A stretch of 64,000 bases of DNA. Origin: Paraspadella gotoi. Its lineage: Eukaryota > Animalia > Chaetognatha. Each line of letters opens with the position of its first letter. Positions within the stretch are counted from its first letter, which is position 1. Of the stretch, positions 38,001 to 49,000 are shown one piece after another. The position numbers and the translations under genes are program-made. Location of the stretch: NCBI GenBank assembly GCA_051294375.1, contig JBJCIZ010000263.1:1-64000 (forward strand). The letters run 5' to 3'. Below the pieces are notes generated by a model. It saw only the letters and a program-made list of their open reading frames with translations, was not told the DNA's origin and did no database searches.

Positions 38001-38800
38001 GCGGGAAATACAGCCGCAGAAAGGCTATCGCGGCATATCTAAAGCGCGGGAAATCGAACAGCAGAAAATACGGCCCGGCCGAGGCTCAGCCCGACGCGAG
38101 CAACTGCGCGGGCGTAAGCACGAGGACAGAGATCGCGGAGAAGTAGGCGCGAGCACGAGATGAGGCCAACGAAGGAGAGCTCCGGAGCGGCGGGGGACGG
38201 GCGCGGACGAGAGGGAGCGAACCCGGAGCCCGAGACGGCGCCGGGGTCGAGACCCGGCAGCGCCGGGACCGCGGGGGGGGGCGGCCCACCGAGGCCGGCG
38301 CCCCGCGTCCGCCGCCGGAAGGGGGCGCGCGCGAAGGCCGACGGCCCCGGCCCGCCCAAGACCCGGGTCCGCCGCACACAGAAAACGCGCGGCGCGCCGC
38401 CCAGACCCGCAGGACCCCGGAAGAGGGGAGAGGAGACGGAAGCGGCGAAGGGGAGGCGGGGCAAGACCCGGGGGCACACGCGGGCAAGAGGCACGAGGGC
38501 GAGCAGCAGACAGGCGGGGGCGGCGCAGGGGCAGCCCGTAAGCGGGGGAGCGAAAAGGGCTCGCCGGAAAGGGGGGGCACGCAGGAGGAGGCCGCCAATA
38601 AGACCCGAGTAAAGGCCGGGGCCCGCAAGAGAAGGTGCCCGGAAAAAAGCCGTGGAGAGACGCGGGCAAAACGGGAAACTAGGAACGAAAAGGAAAAAGA
38701 AAAGCAGACCGAAAGCACGAAAGGAAAAGAAACATAGGGGACCAAGGAAAGAAGAGAACAAGGACGAAAGGAGAAAAGAAGAGGGAGGCAGCGCGCCGGC
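32010..38800 (-). mobile_element. Divergent, error-rich BEL/Pao copy (5' LTR, gag, PR, RT, RNase H start); RNase H fragment duplicated across a 25-N gap
   Basis: ELHVFSDASHDGYG at ~32300; FTGPDY at ~33230; Zn knuckle remnants at ~34700-34880; gag remnants to ~37600; T-depleted LTR-like sequence at ~38210-38800. Confidence 0.8.
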
Positions 38801-39460
38801 AAACAGAGGAGGGGAGGGCGTCGGACGCCGCCAACCGGGTGCGCGGAACCGGACGTGGGCGCACGCGCGGCCGCCCGGGGACGGCAGGCCCGGGGGCGGC
38901 CCGGCCGGCCGACCGGGCGCCCACCGGGCGGGGAGCGGGGCGGCGCCGGGGGGGGGGCGGCGTCGCCCGACCCCACGGCGCACGCAGCGCGCCCGCGGCC
39001 TCGCGCGGGCCCAGGGACCCAAGCGCCCGACAGACCGGGCACCGCGCACCCCCCCCCCCAACACGCCCCAAGCCCCGGCCCCGGGCCGCGACCCAGGGCG
39101 GGCCCGCCGCCCGCCGGGCACACGACGGCCACCCCGGGCAGGACGGCCGGCGGGGCCCACGGCGGGCACGGCGCCGGGGGGCGGGGCGGGCCCGCGGCCG
39201 GGACCGGAGGACCGGGCCCTGGCGCCCCAGGCCGGGAGGGGGGGCCGGGGGGGGGGGGCGGGGCCCGGCCCCGCACCCGCGCGGCGGAGCCACCGGCGGG
39301 GCCGGCGCGCCGCGGGGCGCGCGGCGCGCCGAGTGGCTCCCGCCGCCGGAGCGGGGCGGGGCGGCGGGCGCCACGGCGCCGGCGCGCCCGGCGGTAGGAG
39401 CCGGGACCCGGCGGCACGGCCGGCCCGGCCCCGCCGCGGCGTGGGAGCTGCGGGCGGCCC

Positions 39461-40633
39461 AGCTACGGCGTCACTATTTATCGTAGAACTGTCCCACCTA
39501 CTGACGGAAAATCTCATGTTGCCTTTATTATGTCCAGGTCCCGAGTGACGCCGGCCGATTCCTCCAAAGCGTCTCACCACAACTCGATCCCGAGATTGGA
39601 GTTGACGGCGGCATGCCTCGGCGCAGAGATTCGACACACCGTGGTAGAAGAGATGACAAATGACCGGTTTGAAAAAGTAGTAATGTGGACTGATTCTGAA
39701 ACGGTTTTGAAACAAATTTTTGANNNNNNNNNNAAATTTGCAGCTTTCTTTAAAAACCGTTTATCTCGAATTAGGGAATTAACCGATGTCACGGAATGGC
39801 GCTACGTCGCGACGGATGAAAATCCCGCTGACGATTGCAGCCGAGGTCTTCCTGCTGGTGACCCAAAATGGCAACGTTTTCACAATGGCCCCGACTTCTT
39901 GTGGCGCCCAGAAGCGGAGTGGCCGGAACAGAAGCTGTCCGCGAAACCACTCCCAGCAGACATCCTTACGACTGAGGCCGACGAAGATGTCGAGACGGCC
40001 ACGGATAAACGCTCAAACAAAAAATCCAATGTAGAACATTGGGCCCTTCGAGTCGCACGCCAATGTTCTGACTCCCATAAAAAACTTCGTTTGATTGCGA
40101 CGATGAAACACGCGATCACGAGATGGATTGAATGGAGAAAAGCATTGCGCCAAGACGCAGANNNNNNNNNNNNNNNNNNNNNNNNNNNNNNNNNNNNNNN
40201 NNNNNNNNNNNNNNNNNNNNNNNNNNNNNNNNNNNNNNNNNNNNNNNNNNNNNNNNNNNNNNNNNNNNNNNNNNNNNNNNNNNNNNNNNNNNNNNNNNNN
40301 NNNNNNNNNNNNNNNNNNNNAAGATGCAGAAATTATCCAATGCCGAGCGCTGCAGCTTCGCTATTTTCCAGACGAGTACCGCCAACTTCGAGAGAAAAAT
40401 GTTCGCTNNNNNNNNNNNNNNNNNNNNNNNNNNNNGACACGTTCCCCACTGCGCCAGCTCAACCCATTCCTAGACCCTGCGGACGTTATACGAATTGGCG
40501 GCCGAATTGGGAAAGCGAATTTAGCCTATGAAACGCGACATCCAATTGTGTTACCAAAAAATGATCAAATTGTACGAGATTACATCCGCCATGTTCACGA
40601 GCAAGAAGCGCACGCTGGCGTTGAACACGTACT
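39461..40633 (+). CDS. pol: BEL/Pao pol fragment (RNase H to IN zinc domain), copy E; probably the continuation of copy B
   Basis: SIPRLELTAACLG, MWTDSETVL, NPADDCSRG, HVHEQEAHAGVEH; near-identical to ~18752-19806. Confidence 0.92.
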
Positions 40634-40672
40634 NNNNNNNNNNNNNNNNNNNNNNNNNTTTTTCGCGGTCCA

Positions 40673-40713
<41 letters not shown>

Positions 40714-41482
40714 GAAGAAAGAGAGAGGAGAGAGAGAGAGCTCCTCCTGATTGCTCCAACGAACGAGTAGCGTGGATGAAGGAAGACAGAAGGGGAGGGG
40801 AGCTAACGAGAGAAAAAATGATAGTGGGCATACCCAAGGTGGGCGGGATGGTTTTTGAGCGCGAGGCAATGGTCGCGGTTACAATGTGGTCGTGCGGCCG
40901 AGGGGGGGGGCGGGAGGGGAGGAGACTGAAGATGGAAGCCGTTGGAACAGGGTTCCATTTAGCCCATGGCGATGGCGTTGTCTCATTGCCCAGGAGGTTT
41001 CTAGCTCGAGTAGTTTCGAGTTATGTGCTTATTGCTTATACGCTATCAGAGAAAATTAAGAGGGGGGAAAAAAGAATTTATTATTTGAAGTACTTGCAAC
41101 GCGGCAACATACCTACTTTAGTACATTGCAACTGAGTAAACCGCTAATAGTTAGTAAAGTCGTATCGGCGTGGACAGACGGAAAAAATACATTCGGACGT
41201 CGAAACGTAACGCGCGATTTCCGCGACGTCATTTCCTGACGCTGACCTTTTTGATCGATCATACGTCGAACCGCGTCGCTCGGGGACGATGGGCGGCGGG
41301 GGCGGCGGGAGCGGCGGCTGCGGCGTCGGCTGCGAGGCGATGCGGAAAAGGGGAGGCGCGCCTCGTCATGAAATGTAGGTAATGTGCTCGCATCAGAGAT
41401 GCAAATGACGGGAAGGAGACAGGTGCTCGGGCGGAGATGGCGTCTCAGTCTAAAAGGTCCATAGTATAGGGAGAGAGAGAGA

Positions 41483-41531
<49 letters not shown>

Positions 41532-41549
41532 GAGGTGTTCAGGAGGAGA

Positions 41550-41790
41550 TTAGATAATTAGATAAGTTAGATGCCGAGGAGAAGATAAGTCAGACCCTCA
41601 GTAAAGATAAGTGGTTGCCTGGAAGTCAGATCCTCTGGAAAGATAAGTCAGAGATTCTAAAAACGATAGTCAGATCCTGGGCACTAGATAAGTCAGGATC
41701 TAGGAGAAAAGATAAGTCAGTTCCAGGGGTAAAGATATATCCGTTGCTGGGTCTTAGATTGTCAGGAAGTTTGGAAAAGATGGGTCAGTT
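41550..41790. repeat. Degenerate ~25-30-bp minisatellite (agataagtcagatcct-like)
   Basis: Recurrent gataagtcag motif. Confidence 0.6.
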
Positions 41791-42012
41791 GCTCGGGTAA
41801 AAGTACGGTAGGGGGGGGGTCCAAGTAAACGATGGTATAGCTTAACGACCAGGCGGGAAAGGGGGCCGCGGGGAACGGGGGCCGCGGGGAGGGGTGGGGT
41901 AGAGAGAGAGAGGGAAAGAGAATTACATTCGATGACAACGAAAAGAATGAGAAGCTTTTAGAAAGATTGTCGGGGGCAATTTGTGGAAATTAAGACGAAG
42001 AGGGAGAGAGAG

Positions 42013-42089
<77 letters not shown>

Positions 42090-45000
42090 AGGAGGATTGG
42101 AAGCTTCCAAGGAAAGAGGGAGAAGCTTGATGGTTAGGGGTTGGGGGAAATTGGGGTAGAAGAAAAATGAAATGATACGGGTAAGGTTAAATTACAACAA
42201 AAGAATAAATTGGATTAGCGATTAAGACAAGTATACGGAGCGGAAAATACAATAAAAGTAATAAAAAATGAACTCTAGAAGGGCAATTTATATAATGATT
42301 AAAAATCTCACAAAACCAAAATCCAAACATATGACAGAAACTTGTTTTTATTTTTTAAATTTCTTTTTTTAAATACCGACTTGTTAAAAGCACAATGGGG
42401 AACAAACCAGAAAGCAAGGTAAAGTACACCTGCATCACGTCGGGCTCTCCACTTATGGCAAACAGCCGGGTTACCTGTGATGCCATTGGGAAAATATAAA
42501 TCTCACTGTTGGCTTTGGGGGGGGCTTCCGACCCTGCAGTGACGCATCCAGGACGGCTCGCTTTGCCAACGCAGAGGGAAGTCGTTTAGAAACAGTGGAT
42601 GGAACACTACCGGAATGGTGTGTTCCCCCTCGGAGCGAATGGATTTGGCTGAACGATGGGTGGACATTAAGCAGTGTGAAGTATCAGCCACATGCAAGAT
42701 AAAAAAGTAAAACAAACTGTAAAACAGAGCGCAAAAAAAAAAAATTAATGAAAATTGGTATAAGGTAGACTAAAAAAAGGAAGTAAGAGCAAAAAAAAAA
42801 AGGGAAGTGGAGAATTTGTATCGCGAGCGATAATCGGAGTTGGCTTCGGCTTCTTCGTCTCCCGGCGGACGATAAATCAAGAGGCCAACAATGAACGAAG
42901 GCCGCGTATCGGAACGATTCCAAAGGCTCGCGTTTGTTGGGAAGGGGCGTTGGTGGGTGTTGGGGTGGGGGGAGTTTGAAGAGGGTATGGGGTCGGGAAG
43001 GAGAGAGGGATTTAATCGTTGAATGAGAAAGGCCTCGGGTGTGGAGGCGGGAGGGAGGAGAGAAGACCGTTTGTTACTCCGATTTGATGAATGAAAAGAA
43101 AGAGGAAATCCCCCAGTGAAGGGTAAACGCCCCTCGTTTGATAAACGCGCCTCTCGATCGCGTGCGCGTGATTCCTTTTTTGCGCGCGTGATTCACGGAT
43201 CACGTGCGTTTACGGTGCACGGGACCACGGCACTTGGCGTTCACGCAAGTGGATTTTCGACAGATCAACGACTGTAATGTTCAGGTGTTCATTGATAGGT
43301 CTTGCGCTCGTAGGGCGGATATAACTGCGAGTATCGCACGCACGGATCACGGATCACGATTACCGATCATCGCCCTCGGTCGTTTTCATTGGAGAGAGAA
43401 ATATCATTTAATTCTCTTTTCTCCTCTACGCTCTCCCTTACGCTATGTTCGCGGGGATGAATGTAAGAGGAGAGAAAGAAGGGAAAGGGAAAAGGTCCAG
43501 CTGCCGGTAAGGCGACGAAGGTTAACGAAGACATTAACGACACGTGACGAACGAATGGAAATCCGAGAGAGTCCGTAGCGGAGAGCAAAAAAAAAAAAGG
43601 GATGGCGTTCCGGGAAAGGAACGTCGAGACCAGGGGCGACTGTTGACTGGCGAATGTCGAATGGAAAATTGGAAGACGCCAAGAAAACGACTCGAGCTTC
43701 GGGAAGTTCACGCGGGGGTCGTGAGTAGTCACTGTATATAATCGGTTTTAAAATGTGGAATTTGCGGCAATGCGGTACTCTTGCTGCAGCACGTTTTTTA
43801 GAATAAGTGAATCGTTTGAATGATTGCGCTGAGAAATTAGCGGCAGCAGAAAACTAGAAGCAATGCACCATGGGATATACAACGGGGACCATTCTCAAAT
43901 TTTTTTTTTTTAAATTGATAACAATAGTCATTTAATATCCGAAAAAAAAATACATTCATTAAGTATTTTCAGCTTTTGATGCAACTCAATCATGGGGCAA
44001 ACTCTCATGTACATTGTATGCGGAGATAAACTGCCGTCGTCAGCTTATTCAATGATTTTTCAATACTCTCTGACTTGATTTGCATGTCTCTCTCTTTTTC
44101 CCTCTCTCTTTCTCCTCTCCCCTCCCTCTCTTCTCTCTCTCTATCCTCTCACTCTCACTCTCTCTCACTGGCGCCATTTTTCCCCATTGTTCCCAGATCC
44201 TAGAATTCTAATTCAATCCAAGCCTGAAAAATAGGAGGTGGAGCTTTGGATTTCTTAAACTCAAATCTTGTGTTTTTTTGTTTTTTTGTTTTTTTTTTGG
44301 TCGAGTTCATGGTTAAGAAGATATATTTACTTTATCTAGAAGGATTAATATTTATAATAGCGATATACACATGGTTTATTCTCGTCATTCGTTATCACAT
44401 TAAAACTATTTCTAATGCTGAAGAAATAATTTTTTTCTATTGAAAAACAATAATCTCGAGTTCACTGACTTCATCTGAAATTATTCAAGTTCTTTTCCTT
44501 TTAATCCTCTTATCTTTGTATCGTTGCCTCATACTCCATCTACGGGTTTAAATCACCGATTCTCCTCCGCCCTCTAACGTCGAGAAAAAAAGATTCCCAC
44601 GCCGTCAGCGTCGTCTTTCTCGAAGGCGTTTCGGCCCCCATTTCGTGTCTCATCAATTCTCTCTGTCTTTACTGATCACCTCGACCAAGTCAATCATTCA
44701 TTTCCTACAAAATTCACTGAGAATTTTCTTTCCACTCCACCGCGCTTGTGAAATTGCGTTGTGAAATTCGAAAACATTCTCGCGATTCAATAAACCACAT
44801 TTTTCTTTCTCTCCTCCCTGCTCAACCTCAATTACCTTCATTTCCCAGCCCTCTCTTCTTCATCCTCTGCTTCCATCCTTGCTCCTTCTCTCCCCACTTC
44901 CCTCCTTTCTTTTACCCCCACCCTCTTATCCCTCCCCCACTCCGACGCTTCGATCTGGTCTTCCATCATCGCCCGTCATGAGATGCTTAGTCGAGGTTTC

Positions 45001-45322
45001 TCTCTCTTTCTCCTTTTCCGCCCATTATCACGGGGCGATCACAACGCGTGGCGTAGCGCCAACTCTAAATTCTGCGGCGACGAGCTCGGGCGTGAGAATA
45101 GTATAAGCGATGCTGCTTGGTGCTGGCGATGGTATAAGGAAATCTGCTTGGTGCGATTGCGTGGAAAGGGTTACTTTTTGAAAAAGATTCCAATTATTAG
45201 TAGTTTGGTGGCGTCGGCAGTGATTGTTTGTTACTTTCTACACGATCCGAGTCTTGTCGTCAAAAATACAATACAAACGTAACAATTAAACAAGAAACAA
45301 ACTATGTAGTGGCTTTCTGGTG

Positions 45323-45930
45323 TGATGAGAGATGGCGCTGTTTTATTCATTTTTCTCATTATTTGCTCATTTATTCCATTTCATTGTCACGTGACTTTTC
45401 TATACATTTCGTCTGCTTTTTCTATACTCTTTTTGTATGCATTTCTTTCCTTTTTCAGTCAGTTAGAGAGTTACCTTGACCCGTCTCCAAACGGCTCTTT
45501 ACGGGCTATGAAGTCCTTCCGTCATTCATGTCAGCCCTTACGTCACCAACTTTCCTAGATCAAGGGCCACGAGACAGCCCACTGAGACACTGCCAGCCCA
45601 GAGACTCGCGGGCAAAGGAGGCACGGAGAGGCCACATGTCACTAGCCTCAGACTCTACTATGGACTCGTGACTCTTAGCAGAGACGGCGTCGCAAGGCTC
45701 GACACCCTCGCCTTCAACGGACTTGGGTTCCTTCGCAAGCTCCTTCGACTTTCCACACCGCTACAACGGGGTCGCAGAGGCTGCGACGGCTCCGAAGGGG
45801 CGTCGGACAAGACCGCGCCCACTTCCGGTTGAGACGCGAGGTGAAGACCAAGGTTTCACTCAGTAGTAGCCTGACGGGTCGACACGCGAGGAGGCGTCAC
45901 CGAGACCAGGTTGGTTCTGGTTTCTCGACA
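45323..45930 (+). repeat. 5' LTR (copy C)
   Basis: TGATGAGAGATGGCG...GTTTCTCGACA direct repeat of 56718-57324. Confidence 0.93.
45455..45464 (+). promoter_or_regulatory. Candidate initiator (TCAGTCAGTT) in the LTR
   Basis: Matches the arthropod Inr-like TCAGT at the boundary between the T-rich and GC-rich parts of the LTR; inference only. Confidence 0.35.
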
Positions 45931-46083
45931 TATATAACGTATAGCCTTCATATATTATTGTACTTCGTCACATACTGCGTGTCTTGGTTTAAATTACTCA
46001 CAGCGGCATTGTAAGTTATGTGTATCCATTTTTTTTTCTTTTTTAATCGAATTACTATTATTTTACCTCAAACCCCCCTCGTG

Positions 46084-49000
46084 ATGGCTTCTGCACCGGA
46101 GAACGATGGACCTTCAGGAAGAGGAGGAAGCAGTGGCTCCAACAGAATTTGCATCCCAGATGGAGACCCTCTTCCACACGTTTCAACGACTCCATGGTAC
46201 AGCGGAAGAAACCGGATCTCCGCCAGATCGTATGTCGCCAATAGCATGAGGGAGGCGTTAGAGGAAAGCTTCAAATTGCTCAGCAGATAACCGCCAGCAG
46301 TGATTATGTACCAAACCCCTCTCTGACTTCGGCGATGGAGAGAACGCAGGAGATCCTCCAAACAATCCCCCGATATCCTGCGACAACCTTACGCAGTTTT
46401 CTAATTGACGGAATAGGAACGTTCTGAATATACCTACTACCATTACGCAACAACCACTCCGCCCCTCCTCCCCTTTGATGGCATGATTAACCCTAATTTG
46501 GGAGAGCACTGGCACGAAGATCGAGTGGACGAATACTCCAACGGTGGGGGGAGCAGCGACAGCTACGAGATTAGATGAACCTGTCGCATCTAGAACAGGT
46601 CTTCCGTATCAACGGCTTTCCCACCTTCGTACCGCTTTTTTAGACCCTTCGACCATAGCTACGACAGGAAGGGAATCGATGTCGTGGATCATTACCCCGA
46701 CAGTCGTACTCCGTCGCACACACGGGCACTTCAACGGCCTCCGGCCCTCGACACGAGGATCCACTGGAGGACCGCCAACTGCGACGACGACAACGTCAAC
46801 GACGACAACGGCTTCTGAATCAACCTCGGCCTCGCAGCCGACAGTTTTTACGTCACTCTACCTACTCCACAGGTTTTGGAGGCTACTAGGAGAGGGATGG
46901 ACGAAAATATTACGACAAGCAGCTGAACAGCATACCATTCGAGTCAATACCGCTGAGTACTCCACGAACAGAGCGACTACAATATAACCGCGCTGCTCGG
47001 ATAATGCACTCGACGCAAGAACGTGATATAGCTCAGCGAGCTACTGGACAACGAAGATCAACAACCTAAGAGAGCTTGAAGCAGTTCGTACAAATGCGCC
47101 GACGGAAAGAGTCAGCTGCCATTAGAATGCCACCGACTCGCGCACGACCATTAGCGTCTTCTAACGGCTAATGCGCCGGGGGAGAACTTTGACAATCTCA
47201 CGGAGGATTTGCACCTCCTGCGGATCGTTCCGCCAGAGTAACCTTTTCGGCGCAAAACAGCCCGTCGGCTTCGCACGTTACCTCCCTAGGCGAATGCCTC
47301 TCTGCCATTGAAGCCTTCACGCAACAGCAGAACCAAGCTCAGGCAGAAGAGAGAGAACAAAGGCGCGGAGAGAGATCAAAATGAGTAGGAATTTTGGGAT
47401 GAACAAAACCAAGAAAGAGCACGGATGGCTCAGTACTTCTCTGCACAGAAAGAGAAAGAGATCGGATGGCGAGAACTCTAGCCGAGATGGCTGCACAATA
47501 GAAAGGATGAGGTTGAATCCGGCGGGACAACCGCCGATGCAAGAGCAGCCACCGGTTACTCCTCAGAACATCGCCAGCATTTGAAACCCCTCCTGAACAA
47601 AGAATGCCGCCGAGACAAAGTAGAGAACCACTACCGGCGATCGCGATCCGACAACGCAAACGTCAAATACAAAGCTTGACCGACTATATACGGCGGTTAG
47701 AACAAGAGTTGGGCGAGAAAGACGCAGCGCGCGACAGGACACCTACAGCAGAAGGTGGGGAGAAGCAATGCAGCAGGATCGATACCTGAGGCCCCTCTCG
47801 ATTACCTGCCCGCGCCAGCAGTCCCGCCCACTGCTAACCCACAGTTTGAGAGATATTTGTATTCACAGTCAACCGAATCAACCATCCGAATGTTGAAGAT
47901 CTTCGCCCTGAGAAGTCTCATGAGCGAAGATGCCAAAAATAAGGTTGTTTTTAAAATTCATATGCAACAATGGGAATCTGCAATGTCACAACCAGGCGTT
48001 ACTGACCAGATGCGTCACCAAGAATTACGCTTCTGGTTTGGCGGTCTCGCAAACTGAAATTGCAGAAATATTTCCACCGACAAGATTATGCAGCAGCGGT
48101 CACCGAAGCTATACACATGCTGCGGAAAAGAGTTTGGCCGACCCGATGCTTCCCTCATGAGATGCTTCGAGATTGCCTCGCTGGCGGGAAAGCCACCGAA
48201 GCGAACGACATCGATGAGGCGATTACCCGGCTTGAGAACATCGTTGGGATTGCGGAAGCGAAAGGCCGGATCCGCGATTTAAACAGAGATACGGTCATTG
48301 CGGAGATTCTTGAACAAAGTTTCCCCAATGGAAAGAAAAATTCGCTGAGATCAACTCCGAGAGTTTGTATTTATCAGGAAGAAAAAGAACGATTTACGAA
48401 TTAATTGAATTCCTAAAAATGCACCTTTTAGCAGTAAAATCCGTCTACTACAGAAAAGAAGTCGTCGACGGCCTCTGGTAGCAGCGTTGTGGCATCCAGT
48501 AAAGCTCCACCCGCGATTCAAAACGGTGGGGGCGCGCCCGCCTTCCAGAGATGAACAATCGAATGAATCTTTCGATTCCCTGGATGACTCCGATCCACCC
48601 AACCACCTCCAAAGCCGAGAAGACGAAGACGACGCAGAAGTAAAGAGCAACCACCAAGGTTGGCTCCCACAACGCAGACGATAGATACCGGATGTGGTTA
48701 TGTTGTCGCTCAACAGGCAGTACCACAGGCAAAACCCTGTGGCGCCTCAACCCATCCCGCCAACCTCTATCACCCAGTCACAGGCGCAACCACCTATGAC
48801 ATCAACGCTAAACCCGTGAGCGCCAATGTTTACATCGACCCCTGCTCGACCAACCACACCGCATTGTCATTTCTGTGGTCAAAACCATATGGTATGGGAT
48901 TGTGCAGGGTATCAGGCTCTTGGAGTTCAGGCAAGAGCTGATATGATTTTGGGTAGAAGAATTGTTTCAAATGCCTGAACGGGAACCACCTAGCTAGCAA

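Noticed and set aside
38025-39715. Long overlapping Arg/Gly/Pro/Ala-rich ORFs (558, 443, 298 aa)
   Set aside because: By-product of extreme GC content and T depletion removing stop codons; the sequence appears to be a distorted LTR/gag read.
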